Assembly: GCA_964019335.1 (NCBI GenBank)
Contig: OZ025742.1
Span: forward strand, 310,001 to 374,000
DNA: 64,000 nucleotides
Source of the DNA: Diplonema japonicum
Taxonomy: Eukaryota > Protista > Euglenozoa: Diplonemea
Reading direction: 5' to 3'
In this document: positions 23,641 to 35,559 of the stretch, in pieces
Numbering within the stretch: the stretch's first letter is position 1
Layout of the letters: each line of letters opens with the position of its first letter
Translations under genes and position numbers: made by a program
Notes under the pieces: generated by a model
Told to the model about the DNA's origin: nothing
The model's database searches: none
What the model saw: only the letters and a program-made list of their open reading frames with translations

Positions 23641-23736
23641 ACAATCTTTAGTTTTATTTTACCTAATATATTTGTTTTACCCCCCCCCCCCAGACTTCAC
23701 ATACAGAACGAAGGGGGGGGAAATGCGAGCGCAACC

Positions 23737-26700
23737 ATGAACATTCTTCCTGTCCTGCTGCTGACACTCTCAAGCCTTGAAATAGAATATCTATTTGACG
23801 ACGGTGATTCCTTCGCCTCTCTATTCAACACAGCCGGCGGAACACACCAGGGAAACCTCACTAAAACGGGTCCGGACAATGGTGTTCAACCATGCGGAAG
23901 TCACCCCAAAGCATGGGGTTACGGTGCAGCAGAAGCAGCCCACGCAAGCCCAGGGCCGATGTGGTCTGGAAGATGGGAAGTGGAGTGGTGGGATGGATGG
24001 GTGTTGGAAGGATGGGTCCGAAGTTCAGGCGGGAAAACAATCTTGCTGACCACGAACGGAAGTTTTTTTGAAACATCTGGGTGCGCGATATCGATCCAAG
24101 GAGACAGGGTCATGTTTGAAAATTTCGGGCAGATTGTCACCGAGACACAGAGCTTTACTACGACAGAGTCGCAAACGGGTTCGATTCCGGTGAACGACAC
24201 TCTTTTCCGATCCGACAACCTTTCCGCGGTTGTTAGAAACCTCACAAACAACACCGCTACATTAACTGCTACACCTACCACCATGCCTCTTGTTGTGTTT
24301 CAAGACAACAATGATACTTACCCGGCCACATCCACTGAGACTCTTGGGAGGCAGAACTACATCACGCTGTCTGTGTGGCATCACATCGCTGTTGCGTTCT
24401 GCGAACAAGATTCCCAGGTTGTCATTTACATCGACGGGACGGTCCGGGAGGTAGTGCCTGTTCCAAGGGGCACGCCGCGCTGCGATTTCACGTCGGGCGA
24501 TGTTGGGGTTTTGATTCCGTCATCGGCAGGGTGGGGTGTTGATAATTTCCGTTTTTACAATAGTTACCTGTCTGAGGACAACGTGTCGGCTTTGTACACC
24601 GACGCCTACCAACCCAAAGCAGGGATTGTATCGGGAACACAGGAGGTGTTCGCTTCCCTTTCGTTGACGTTTTCCGTCCACCCGTTTCACGGACAAGGCG
24701 TCTCTGTAGTCTTCGCCGGCAAGAACTGCTTAGAACCATTGTCCGAGCCTTATCATTTCGGGAACGGATCGGTTTCCATTCCAACCGCTGTTGTTGTTCC
24801 TTTGCGCGAGACGTTGTTTGGGCAGTTCTGTCTTTCTTACGACGGCGGGTTTCGTTACCACAGAGTGTCGGGTTACATTGCAACGTTTTCCAAAGCGCAG
24901 ACTACTGAGTATAGGTTCGAACGCACGGCGGAGTACTTATGGTTCTTCTTCGAGGGTACCGGGTTGTGCAGCATGCCGAACGTCGATCGCGCGAAGCTTG
25001 TAGAGATCCCGTCCGAGACACCCCCTGTTCTCGCAACCTACGGTGGAAATCTTACCGCATTGACACAGAGGCTCGACTTCTACTGCGGCAACAACAATGG
25101 TGTTCTTGAAACAGCGGATCTTCTCCCCGGGGATGAACGAGCACTGCAAACCACATCAGCGAGGCTTACCCCCCTTAACGGTCTCGGTGGGGACTTCATC
25201 GTTTGTTACAAAAATGACGGCGGGACCGGGGTCTCAACCTGGACGGCTGTTGGCAGATATCTTGAAATCCCAGAAGGTCATGGCACAACGGGCTGGATCA
25301 CACTCATTGGAGCTGGTCAGCAGTTCTACCAAGACAACGAGTACAGCATTGGGTGTGCGTTATCAGCTGCGATGCCTGCGTATGGGTTGGGCTGTGCGTC
25401 GGTTGAGTGGTTGTACCCTCCTTTGGGTTGGTTGCACAGTGTGATGTCCTTGAGGTTTGTTAATGTTAATGCGAGCAGTGTTGTCAGTCTCCCTGGAGCG
25501 TTTCTACAAAAGGCGCTGAGCGTGAATTTGAGCAGCTCTGTTGGGTTTGCGGGGAACTTCACGGAGAAGGGTTACATCGGGCTGCCCACGGACATTCAAT
25601 ACGAGCACCCCAGGTTGTGGAGTTTAACAAAATATTTTGTCGAAGTGTTCAAACCAGCGGGAGCCGAACCCACGTCGGGACGCGACGCGTTGCGCTTTGT
25701 GTTTGGAGGCGAGACAGATGTGAACGATGCTTGCAACACGGGGACGGTCCAAGTCGACTTTGTTCCGTACTCGGGCACGGAGACGCACAGGAGGTTCGAG
25801 GTTGTATTCCCACCGAAATTGCCGGGAACTGCCACTGTTTGTTACGGACAACCAGGTGACCCGTCGGGATACCGCCAGATCACCCCGACCGTGAACAGCC
25901 ACCTTTCCGTGATTGCATCCATCTCCAATTACTCCTTGAACCCGTACCCCCCATTTGTAAATCAAACCTTCGTTCTTGTTGTCCTCGGGCAGAACATCTT
26001 CGGCGTCAATGACACCGTCTACCTCACGAAGACACGCTGTGAATCCACAAACATCATCGACGACCACCTCTATCCATTCCCTGCCATTGAGACTCAGTAT
26101 GACAGCTACGGTGTTTCCATAGGCAGGTCAGCCGTCTTTGAAGTACCTTCCGGGTATAAAAAAGACATTCTCAAAGTCTGTTACAACCCTGGTCCGGGAT
26201 ACACTGGTGTTGGCGTGGCTGCCGTCACCAACCTGTGGGAGCCGATCTGGGTTACGAATAAACCCGAAGTGCTGTCGATAAACCTGGGTGGTGCTCTGGA
26301 CCTTTCAATGGTCGGAAACGGTGAGGTCGCGGTCCATACCGTGTTCGAGATCGGGTTGTTGGATCGATTTGGGGCACCTGTTGAGAACATTGGGGCGCGG
26401 TGCGTCATTTCAGTCACCTCGGCGTCGGTGTGGATCGATCCCCCTCCGAGCAACTTTGTTCCCGTCTTGTCAGGGACCACTGCCATGTTCACGACGCAGC
26501 GCTCGCCGGGAATGTGTGACTTCTCCGGTCTCTTCGGTGCATCGTTGGGGATGTTCGGAACGGCCGACATCCTCGTCGAAGTCACGCTCACCGATTACAC
26601 GCTCCTCTCCACCTCCGTTCCCGTTTTCATCGCCCAACCTTGCGACCCCGTCACTACCTGCAGCTCCCGAGGCCACTGCAGCATCAACGGCACGTGCATC

Positions 26701-29700
26701 TGCCACACCAACTACGTAACCGGTTCATGGGAAGGCGCTTCCTGCGAGCAGTGCCGGTACGGATACTACGGGCAATCGTGTAACATCTATTGCGACCATG
26801 CAACTTGCAACGGGCACGGTTCTTGCAGCACCATGGGGGACTGTATCTGCGACGTGTCCTTCCGAGGGCCTTCTTGCGGGATATGCCGGCAAAACTTCCA
26901 GCTTCCAGATTGCCTGCTGTGCATGGCAGGGCACTATGGCTCCGACTGCATGACGCGAGGCTGCGTCGCGGGGGGTTGCGGAAACGGGCAGTGCAGCACA
27001 GAAGGTGCATGTCTCTGCAGCGATGGATGGATGGGAACAACGTGCCAAACGCAGATAGCCCCAGTGAAGTGCGACGACATGATGCTAACGCGTGCTGCAA
27101 TATCAAGGGACAAGAAGACGATAGAGATCGCGTTTCTGGAAGCAGTAGCCACTGCCACGCACGTAGGAAGGACAGGGTGTTGGGAGTACATGCACAACAT
27201 GACTAGTGAGACGTGTTGGTGGAGCGATGAGCAGACCTTGGTGCTGGACAACAATGCAAACAGGTTCACAACAGGTGACGTTTTGCGGGTAGTTCAAGGT
27301 GGAGCCGTGGACTACCACGGGTGCACCACCACCAAGACGGCAAACGTGACGATCATATCAGCAGGCACAGCGCCTACTGTGACTCCCACCATCGTGGGCC
27401 CGTCGAGCGTGGCAGAGTGCAGCGGTGCTGCATTTTATGCAGACGTGCGAAGTGGCGACGGAAGCCTGCCGGACACGACGGTCACGTGGAGCTTCGCAGT
27501 GGAAACAGGCGTTCTGTCACCGTCAGCGCATCTCGCACGACTTGCCTCCACCACAACAACTAACATGCTTCAGGTCCCAGCCGACTACATGACCCCGGGA
27601 AGGTATAAAATCATACTTTCTGTCCGTGATGCATGGGGCACCGTGTACACAGCATCTCTCACTGTTTTGAAGCGAAACACACGCGATGACACCGCAGGAA
27701 GCTACCCGGGGCTTTGGGTAGGCGTGACATCTATCATCCAGAGCATTACATCGGACCCGTTTGTCCTCTCTGGCATGATGGCCATCCCCGGCTGCATTTA
27801 CCCCAACGGCATTATGGGTCCAGCTACGCAGTTGTATAGTTTCAAGTGGACTGTCGTCGACTCCCTGCAGCGAACGGTGGACATGAGGCTTCTCTACGAT
27901 TTGACGTTTCGTCCCGTGGCTGTTTTGGAAGCCCCGCCTGGTTTCTTTTCCCCGCTGTTCTCTCCTTATGCTATTTCGTTGGAGGCACAATCGATGTCTT
28001 CTGCGAAGGCGAAGGAGGCCGTGCAGTCGAAGCTGATCGTCTCTGCGGGGAAGCTTGGCATGGCTTTGAGTGGAGTTGGCCGGCAGCACCAACTGCCGAG
28101 CAACGAAACGCTTTCAGCACTCTGCTGGGACCCTGAAACGGAATTTTCCGGCCCGACAGTGAGGGTCCCATCATCAAAAACCACAATGATGTGGGGGTGC
28201 CGAAAAGGAAAACGGAGGAGCAATCCTGGTGACGCATGTGAACTGTTTCCAGGCCTGCTGACAAGGAGAGAGATAGGGCTTGCGGCAACTGCACCGCCTG
28301 GTGTTTACCACGTTGTAGTAGAGTGCACGAAGACATGGATCAGCGACGTCGTACCCCTCATGCGGAGCGAGATCAGATCCGGGTACATCGAAGTTGTACC
28401 GTCACCAACCTCCCGTTCTGCAGCCCCGCTGCAAGCGCGACAGACTGAAGTAGAGCTTGCTATTGTACAAAACCCGTACCCGTACTCGTCGCTACTGGCT
28501 TTTATACCTGTCCTCAACGGTCTCCACAGCATTTCGGACACGTGGTGGACGTGTGAAGGGTTGTGCCCAACCTCATTAAGTTCCCTCGCTTCCGGAACGC
28601 GGTACGTCTTCACAGTGACGTACGAACTCAGCCCGTGGTACCCCGTGGACGCCAACCAGACCGTGGTTCACATCCTGTACGCAGAGGTCGTCACAACGCA
28701 AAAGATTACCATTGGCAAGGTGTCCCTCATAGACGCAAGGCCCATAGCTGCTTCGCTGACTGTGATACGAGCCGTGACATATGGGTGGGGACAACCGGCG
28801 GGCGGGCTGGAGTATCGGTTCGAAGCGGAGATTACAGGGAAACTCCGGTACGTGGTGAGCGATTGGTCCGTGGAAACCGGTGTTGAAATCAGGGTGCCCT
28901 ATGTTTCAAGCCTTGAAACCTTCACCATCACCGTCACGGCAAGGGACATATGGGGAACGAAAGAGACAGTGACCACAGGGGTTCCGGTGTTCAACAAGGA
29001 AAATGCTGGATTAGATGTGATACTCGAGAGGATGAAGCAAGATAGAATGCACCATCCTGTTTCGATGGTGGGGTTAGTGGACTTATCGATTTATATGTCG
29101 GCGAGCGGTGTCGGGAACGGCGAGGCTGAAAAGCTTGGATTCTTTTTGTCGAATTTTCCGCGGACCGGGTTGGGGCGAACCAGGACGGGGAGGCTGCAGG
29201 CTGTTTTCGGTTTGAAGGTATTCATCGAGGCGAAGTGCCTCGACTACACACCGACGTTCGACGAGACAATGCACGTTGCAGGAATTATGCTGGAGGTAAC
29301 GCAAGGCAGCTCTTTAGAAATTGATCCGGAAACCTCCCGTAACATCTTAACCATCTTTGAGTGGCTAGCTCCGTTGTTAACCGAGTACAACGCAACAGGC
29401 GAGGCAACCTTGACAGACTTAATACACACCGTCACCCACGCCGCTGGAAACTTCTCCCCCGCGGGTACGAATAATTTCTCGATTTGCGAGACGTCACCTT
29501 CCGGACAGCTTACAGGGCTCTATCATTCTACCAACCCTGCCACTTTTACACCACTTTATGTCAACCCAGTTCCGCATGGGTTGGCTACGGTTTGTCGGTT
29601 TATCTGGGGATACGATGTTTTACATTGGACAAACGGTGTAGTTAAGGTCCATGGAGCAAGCACTGTGTCGGTTTCAGCGGTGGAAACGGTGACGGGGAAA

Positions 29701-32601
29701 CATTTCACGGGCTCGGTTGGGTTCCGGGTGCCCTTGGAAATTCCTGTGGAACGCATAGGCAGCAACAACACGTGCGGGTATTACGACAATACAGCTCAAG
29801 AGTTCACGAACAAAGGCTGTACACTCACACCGCAGTCGGTGTGTGAATGCCATGACGTGCAAGGCAACCTTTTCCCTGTTCACGTGGCTGTGCTGGACTG
29901 GGAAAAAATTGCACCTGAGAAGACGGCGAACCCAACGCCCTCCCCAACACCAACTCCGACGGATCCAAAGGAAACTCAGAGCGCCAGTGTTGCCGCTCCT
30001 ATTATATACCTCGCGGTGATAACGATCTTCGGGGCGCGAATCATTTACGAAGGCATCCTTGACTACGGGAGACGACCCCGTTACAACCGGCACCCTGTGA
30101 GTGTGCAGTCGACTTTTAACAAGCTGACGGCGAAGAAATGCAGGAGGGGGCCTATGGTGTCGACGGACCCACTCGAGGTAGTGGAGTTTCTAGTGGCACG
30201 CCGCTTTGCGATCTCAGAAGGCGTTCCGAAAAATTACAAGCTCGGTTCGAATCTGGTCGACAACAATCTTTGGATGTATCTGCTGTGGACACGGGGTGGG
30301 TGGTTGCCCGTGTCTTCTCTTAGGTACACCAACATTTTGCAATACGAACGGGAGTGCGTTTTTCTGATATCTGTTTTGGTGTTCCCCTTTTGGTGTGCTT
30401 TTCTACTGACAATCACCGGTTCGAATCGGGATGGGGATTACTCTTTCGGGACTGCGCTTGAGACAGCATGCTTAGGTGTCGTGTCGAACAGTGCTGTGTC
30501 TGCTGTGTTGATACGAATGATCGAAAAGGTCCCGTCCCCGCAGGAAGAGATCGAAGAGCTTCCGTCACCGTCGCCATCACCGCCGGCAAGGCGTAGCAGG
30601 GTGTCGTTCTTCGGGAAGAAAACGAGGAGGGCGAGCAACCTCTCTTCCGTCAAAACAAATTCCTTCGCGCTGACAACGAACGAGCTGGAATATGTTTTAT
30701 ACGACGAGGCAAAAGACGGCCGGCTGCACACAGCAACCGCAGTACACCTCTGCAAAAACCTGCTGTGCCAAGGCTTATACGGCGTTCTAGAAGAGAACGC
30801 TTCCCTTCCTTTGGACTTCTACGCCATTGACGTCCGCAAGTCTGTCGAGCATGTGAAGGATATCTTCTCAAAAGCATTGGATGCAACATCAACAACCCCC
30901 GACACAGGGTACAGTACAGATATAGACGCGCTGTGGGACGCGGAACTGAATAGGTCCCCTCTGTTAATGGCTGGAGCAGAGGCAGCGAAAATGCACCTTT
31001 TTAAACACTCCGCGGCGCTCTTCCATCTCGGCATCCTTGCAGAAAACCCGGATCTATTCTCTGTTCTGAACTTTCAGATCCCCCCGAACAGCCCTGAGAA
31101 GCTATGTCATGCCGTGGTGAACAATGCCTTCAGCGTCGGCATTCTTTTCTGCAAAGAATTCTGCATGACAGGTTCGATGTCGATGCCGTTCGACGTTTTC
31201 CAATCTGCGTATGAAGCAAGCGCCGAGATGTGCACTAGCGAACTTCTCAGCATCTCTATGATCGGGTTGGGAGCGTCTTGGAGGGAATGGGCATGGCCGG
31301 GCGGGATACCATACCCGCAAGTTGAAGAAACAAAACAAGAAGGCTACACACAAAGCATGCTGGAGGTACAGCTTCTAACCAGGAACAAACTTGCGATCGC
31401 CCATGCCCTGCGGTACACGCGAACACCCGAGTACATGTGTGAAGAAATAACGGAACCAAGCCAATCCGACGGGGTTCTCCGTGGGGTGTACCAACCCCCA
31501 GCAACACCTATCCCGTTGGAGATCGCGAAGCTGATATTACTATTATTAACACCTCAGGACGATCGGGCTGAATGCGCAGACCTCTTGCTTCAACAACAAG
31601 GCGATGCAGTCAAAGCATCACAGCAGGTGGACATAGTCAAACCATTACTAGATCCTGTCGAGGTCCAACCGTTCACCCGCAATGAATGGTTGGCGTACTA
31701 TTTGAACTTCCGGTTAAACGGTGTCCGCGGTGCTGTATATGTGACAACGTCTACGGGTGACTATGCAAGCGCCTCGCTTCCATTCTACGGTCTGGCACAG
31801 AGATCGACGTCACATGGTGTTCGGAATGGTTCTGGGACACGGCAGAATCCTTTTTACGGGCTCAACGCATGCTTGAAGGATCTCAGAGAAGGCGACATGG
31901 TGCTACTGTTGCCAGGGGTGTACCCTCCCTTTGAGATTCCCACCGCAGTACCAATGGAAGACGCAACGAAAATAACATTCGCGCTGGAGATCCTACCTGA
32001 AGGATGGCTGCACAAAGGTGTGAAGCACAGAACGGTTACCATCACCGCCGAAGGATGTCAAGGAAGAGGGATACAAATAGTACATTCAACTAACGTCATT
32101 CTTCGCGGGTTGAGGATTTCCTTCTGTAAGCTTGCCATCGATGCGAGGCTGTCGACGGGGGTGCGGGTAGAAGACTGTACTTCATGGAACTGCGACGACA
32201 CATTACGCAGGGCACCACGTGATGCGACAGAGGGCCAGGTTTCCTTGTGTGGGTTAAAATCCATCCGATCCCTTCGGGTTGCGGTGGCTTTTGTGCTTGT
32301 TGTTACATCCTTATTGTTAGTTATGACAACGACACACCTGGTGCTTGACCTGGCGCTTGTTCCAACTGTGTATTGGATAATAAATAGTGTTGCGGCGTTG
32401 GGTCTAGACGTCCTTTTCTTCCGTCCTGTGATCTCGCTGTGTGCAGTGGCGTGGAACATTGTCACCGGTTGCGGTGGTGGTGCACAGGATGGGTTCGATT
32501 CCACCCCGATCAACACTTTAACCCAGTATGGGCCCACATCTCCTGATGAAAACTTCATCGATAACTTGGACACCCCCGTCGACATGCTTGAGGTAATGTA
32601 A
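23737..32601 (+). CDS. Polycystin-1-like multidomain membrane receptor (signal peptide, LamG-like, EGF repeats, REJ-like, GPS-like, multiple TMs, beta-helix-like segment)
   Basis: WHHIAV..IYIDG..VDNFRFYN; several C.C...W.G..C EGF repeats; CGYYD...FTNKGC...CECH before the first TM; GSGTRQNPF..GDMVLLLPGVY. Confidence 0.75.
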   Translation: MNILPVLLLTLSSLEIEYLFDDGDSFASLFNTAGGTHQGNLTKTGPDNGVQPCGSHPKAWGYGAAEAAHASPGPMWSGRWEVEWWDGWVLEGWVRSSGGKTILLTTNGSFFETSGCAISIQGDRVMFENFGQIVTETQSFTTTESQTGSIPVNDTLFRSDNLSAVVRNLTNNTATLTATPTTMPLVVFQDNNDTYPATSTETLGRQNYITLSVWHHIAVAFCEQDSQVVIYIDGTVREVVPVPRGTPRCDFTSGDVGVLIPSSAGWGVDNFRFYNSYLSEDNVSALYTDAYQPKAGIVSGTQEVFASLSLTFSVHPFHGQGVSVVFAGKNCLEPLSEPYHFGNGSVSIPTAVVVPLRETLFGQFCLSYDGGFRYHRVSGYIATFSKAQTTEYRFERTAEYLWFFFEGTGLCSMPNVDRAKLVEIPSETPPVLATYGGNLTALTQRLDFYCGNNNGVLETADLLPGDERALQTTSARLTPLNGLGGDFIVCYKNDGGTGVSTWTAVGRYLEIPEGHGTTGWITLIGAGQQFYQDNEYSIGCALSAAMPAYGLGCASVEWLYPPLGWLHSVMSLRFVNVNASSVVSLPGAFLQKALSVNLSSSVGFAGNFTEKGYIGLPTDIQYEHPRLWSLTKYFVEVFKPAGAEPTSGRDALRFVFGGETDVNDACNTGTVQVDFVPYSGTETHRRFEVVFPPKLPGTATVCYGQPGDPSGYRQITPTVNSHLSVIASISNYSLNPYPPFVNQTFVLVVLGQNIFGVNDTVYLTKTRCESTNIIDDHLYPFPAIETQYDSYGVSIGRSAVFEVPSGYKKDILKVCYNPGPGYTGVGVAAVTNLWEPIWVTNKPEVLSINLGGALDLSMVGNGEVAVHTVFEIGLLDRFGAPVENIGARCVISVTSASVWIDPPPSNFVPVLSGTTAMFTTQRSPGMCDFSGLFGASLGMFGTADILVEVTLTDYTLLSTSVPVFIAQPCDPVTTCSSRGHCSINGTCICHTNYVTGSWEGASCEQCRYGYYGQSCNIYCDHATCNGHGSCSTMGDCICDVSFRGPSCGICRQNFQLPDCLLCMAGHYGSDCMTRGCVAGGCGNGQCSTEGACLCSDGWMGTTCQTQIAPVKCDDMMLTRAAISRDKKTIEIAFLEAVATATHVGRTGCWEYMHNMTSETCWWSDEQTLVLDNNANRFTTGDVLRVVQGGAVDYHGCTTTKTANVTIISAGTAPTVTPTIVGPSSVAECSGAAFYADVRSGDGSLPDTTVTWSFAVETGVLSPSAHLARLASTTTTNMLQVPADYMTPGRYKIILSVRDAWGTVYTASLTVLKRNTRDDTAGSYPGLWVGVTSIIQSITSDPFVLSGMMAIPGCIYPNGIMGPATQLYSFKWTVVDSLQRTVDMRLLYDLTFRPVAVLEAPPGFFSPLFSPYAISLEAQSMSSAKAKEAVQSKLIVSAGKLGMALSGVGRQHQLPSNETLSALCWDPETEFSGPTVRVPSSKTTMMWGCRKGKRRSNPGDACELFPGLLTRREIGLAATAPPGVYHVVVECTKTWISDVVPLMRSEIRSGYIEVVPSPTSRSAAPLQARQTEVELAIVQNPYPYSSLLAFIPVLNGLHSISDTWWTCEGLCPTSLSSLASGTRYVFTVTYELSPWYPVDANQTVVHILYAEVVTTQKITIGKVSLIDARPIAASLTVIRAVTYGWGQPAGGLEYRFEAEITGKLRYVVSDWSVETGVEIRVPYVSSLETFTITVTARDIWGTKETVTTGVPVFNKENAGLDVILERMKQDRMHHPVSMVGLVDLSIYMSASGVGNGEAEKLGFFLSNFPRTGLGRTRTGRLQAVFGLKVFIEAKCLDYTPTFDETMHVAGIMLEVTQGSSLEIDPETSRNILTIFEWLAPLLTEYNATGEATLTDLIHTVTHAAGNFSPAGTNNFSICETSPSGQLTGLYHSTNPATFTPLYVNPVPHGLATVCRFIWGYDVLHWTNGVVKVHGASTVSVSAVETVTGKHFTGSVGFRVPLEIPVERIGSNNTCGYYDNTAQEFTNKGCTLTPQSVCECHDVQGNLFPVHVAVLDWEKIAPEKTANPTPSPTPTPTDPKETQSASVAAPIIYLAVITIFGARIIYEGILDYGRRPRYNRHPVSVQSTFNKLTAKKCRRGPMVSTDPLEVVEFLVARRFAISEGVPKNYKLGSNLVDNNLWMYLLWTRGGWLPVSSLRYTNILQYERECVFLISVLVFPFWCAFLLTITGSNRDGDYSFGTALETACLGVVSNSAVSAVLIRMIEKVPSPQEEIEELPSPSPSPPARRSRVSFFGKKTRRASNLSSVKTNSFALTTNELEYVLYDEAKDGRLHTATAVHLCKNLLCQGLYGVLEENASLPLDFYAIDVRKSVEHVKDIFSKALDATSTTPDTGYSTDIDALWDAELNRSPLLMAGAEAAKMHLFKHSAALFHLGILAENPDLFSVLNFQIPPNSPEKLCHAVVNNAFSVGILFCKEFCMTGSMSMPFDVFQSAYEASAEMCTSELLSISMIGLGASWREWAWPGGIPYPQVEETKQEGYTQSMLEVQLLTRNKLAIAHALRYTRTPEYMCEEITEPSQSDGVLRGVYQPPATPIPLEIAKLILLLLTPQDDRAECADLLLQQQGDAVKASQQVDIVKPLLDPVEVQPFTRNEWLAYYLNFRLNGVRGAVYVTTSTGDYASASLPFYGLAQRSTSHGVRNGSGTRQNPFYGLNACLKDLREGDMVLLLPGVYPPFEIPTAVPMEDATKITFALEILPEGWLHKGVKHRTVTITAEGCQGRGIQIVHSTNVILRGLRISFCKLAIDARLSTGVRVEDCTSWNCDDTLRRAPRDATEGQVSLCGLKSIRSLRVAVAFVLVVTSLLLVMTTTHLVLDLALVPTVYWIINSVAALGLDVLFFRPVISLCAVAWNIVTGCGGGAQDGFDSTPINTLTQYGPTSPDENFIDNLDTPVDMLEVM

Positions 32602-32806
32602 TGTTATGGAAGGTCTTCCGACCTTTCGGCCTTTTTTTTTTTTTTTTTTACTTTTTTTTTTCTCCCCCCCCCATCATCCGCCCTCTTTAATTATCAACAT
32701 TTCACACAGGTTTTTTTTTTTTTTTTTTTTTTTCCCCTCCCACAACCGCATCTTACATATATATATATTTGTTTTTTTTTTTTTTCTTCTTCCACATACC
32801 TTTTAC

Positions 32807-33403
32807 ATGTCAACTGGTACCAGCGCTAACCAGCTTCCTTTGGAATTATGGCAGCTTGCCGGGCAGTTTATTGGGGTAAACCATCTTCAGCAGTGGAGGG
32901 GGGTGTCAAAAAAAGCGCGAGACATGGCACCTGAGTTCAAGATCATCCACGTGGTAGTAAGGGGGTGGGCAGAGATACGGGGGAAACACGGAAAATCCGT
33001 TCTTTTTAAAGAACGAAAAGGGCAGGTTACCATCGCGAACTACTGCACTTTGGAAGATGTTTTGAAGCAGGCAAAGATGATGTGGCCGATGTGGGACTTA
33101 CGGGGGCATGAAATCCATCCAGTTACCCCTCAGGGGACAGTGGTGTCTAAATACCCATCCACAACCCCACTCTTCTCCCTGAAAGATTTCAAGGAGCTGA
33201 TTTTAGTACCCCCGACGGCGACCACCAAGATTTTGGTCACTCCTTCAACTCTTCTTCCTTACACCACCGCTCCTGAAGCCACGGTAAGTGATCTTCTTCA
33301 GAAAGCAGGTACTTTTCGAGGGGTCTCACTAACTCTCCATGGAGACCCGTTATCCGTGGAGTCTGCTCTCCCCCGACAAAACTTCCTCTATGCTGTAGCA
33401 TAA
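32807..33403 (+). CDS. F-box protein with possible ubiquitin-like C-terminal regions
   Basis: NQLPLELWQLAGQFI...LQQWRGVSK; ATG at 32807 (the upstream ORF extension is poly-T). Confidence 0.65.
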   Translation: MSTGTSANQLPLELWQLAGQFIGVNHLQQWRGVSKKARDMAPEFKIIHVVVRGWAEIRGKHGKSVLFKERKGQVTIANYCTLEDVLKQAKMMWPMWDLRGHEIHPVTPQGTVVSKYPSTTPLFSLKDFKELILVPPTATTKILVTPSTLLPYTTAPEATVSDLLQKAGTFRGVSLTLHGDPLSVESALPRQNFLYAVA

Positions 33404-33419
33404 AATATTTGTGTCATAA

Positions 33420-33463
<44 letters not shown>

Positions 33464-35559
33464 TTCTATTCCCTCCGTTCACGATGGGCTGTGAGGCTTT
33501 TTTTTTTTTTTGGTTTCGTCATTTTTTTTTTTTTAATGTGTGTTTTTTTATTATTATTTTTTTTTCTTTATTTCTCGCTTCTTCTTCTTTTTTTTTTTCT
33601 TCCCTTCTTTTTCTTCTTTTTCTCTCTCTCTTTTTTTTTTTTTTTTTTTTTTTTTATATTTTTACTTCTCTCCGCAGCTTTAACATCTCATAAAGCATGC
33701 ACAATGGAGGGAGGTCAATTTAAAAAAAAAAAAAAAAAAAAAAAAAGAAAAAGAAAAAAAGGAAGGAGGAAGAAAAATAATGAAGAAGGAGTGTGGGAAA
33801 AAAAAAAAGAGAAAAAAAAAGCTTGATCCGCCCCATTTTCTCAAATGGGCTGGTGTGGTGCTTATTCATTTTTTGAAGAAGAGGAATGCACCACCTTTCG
33901 AGGGCATAGATCCTGTTGGTGTGCATCTTGCTTCTTTGGTTTAAAAAAAAAAATGTGTGGTCAGCCTTCGCTGGGTTGCCCTTCTAATTTCTTTTAACTT
34001 GGGCTTTTACCTCATTCTGGAAAAAAAAAAAAAAAAAAAAGAAAAAAGAAAAAAAAAAAAAGGAAAAGAGAAATAAAAGAAAGAAGAAACTATACTGCAT
34101 TTGCTTTTCTCGACTTTCTTTTTGTTCTCACTTCTGCTCCTTCTAACTCTGTCCCTCTCTCCTCCCTTTTTCTTCCCTCTTTCTTCTTCAATGGATCATG
34201 TATTTATGGTTTTTATTTTTTCACTTTTTTTTTTTTTTTTTTTTTTTTTTTTCCATTCATTTTTTTTCTTTTTGGAATTCCATGGCAAAACAAAAAAAAA
34301 AAAGAGAGAGATCGAACAAATAACGACAACTTACATATAATTAGCATGGAAGTTTTAATATTTTTTTTATTTCTTCTCCTCCACTGTCTAGCTTGGGGAG
34401 AAGGTCAAGAAAAAGAAAGAAAGAGGGGGGGGGGGGGGGACTCTAAGGTCAATAAGAATGTAGCTGGGTGAAAGAGAAAGGAATACGGGATAGGGGGGAA
34501 GAGAGACGGAGCGAACAGTGAAAAAATCATACACAGGGAAAGAGACCGCCGTGGAACCAAAGGAAGGCAGCAAATACGAATTTAAAAAGCAAACAGTTTT
34601 CCCCACTGGTTCGGACTCCCTTGTGAAAGGGGTTTTTTTTTTCTTGTTCCTCCTTTTTTTTTCTTCCCCCTCCCCCCTTTTCGTTTGAGCCTACCATACT
34701 TCTTTGAGTACAGTTCGGTGTCCCCCAGTTTCTTCCCCACCCCTTTTCACTTACACACAAAAAAAAAAAAAGAAAAAGAAAAAAAGAAAAGAAAGAAAAT
34801 TTAACTAAAAAAAAAGGGGGGGGAGAAGGTCTCCACCATCAGGATAAACCTGGTTTGCCAACTTTTTTTATATTTCTTCTTCTTCTTTTTTTTCTATAAA
34901 CAGCTAGAAAGAAGGGGGGGGGGGGGGTTTCCTTAGGGGGGGTGGAGAAAAAAAATAAAAGAAGAAAAAAAAGGAAACAAAAAATTATTTTATGAGCATT
35001 TTTGTTTTTCGTCTACTTCCAGTCCTCTCGCGAAGTGTGGTGCCCACTGTTTGGTGCCGTGGTCGGGCTTCAAGAGAAAAGGCCTGGGGGCAGAAGAATA
35101 AAAAGTGCTTTTTTTTTTGTACTAATAAAACAAAGAAGAGAGGCTAAAGGCCCCTTTTCGTCTAGACTACCCCCCCTTTTTTTCTTGCTAATTTCCACTC
35201 TTGCGAAGAAACCATTTGCAGTAAACTATATTTCCACCCCCTTTTTTTTAATTGTACCGGTACTTCCTTATAAAAAAAAAGATTTTTTTTTGTTGTATTA
35301 AACAAAGTACGGCTGCAGCTTCGGAAAAGAACAACAACGAAAAAAAAAAAAAAAAGAAAAAAAAATAACAGTTTCTTTCTAATCTCTTCTTGACATCTGT
35401 TCTGGTCCTCTTTACTCCCGTTTCCCCTCCTTTTTTTTCTTTCTTTTTTTTTCTTGCCTTTTTTTTTTTTTACTCCCCTCCATTCTTTCGATGCAAAAAA
35501 AAAAAAAAAAAACCCCAGCAAAAAAAAATACACAAAAAAAAAAAAAAAAAAAAAAAAAA

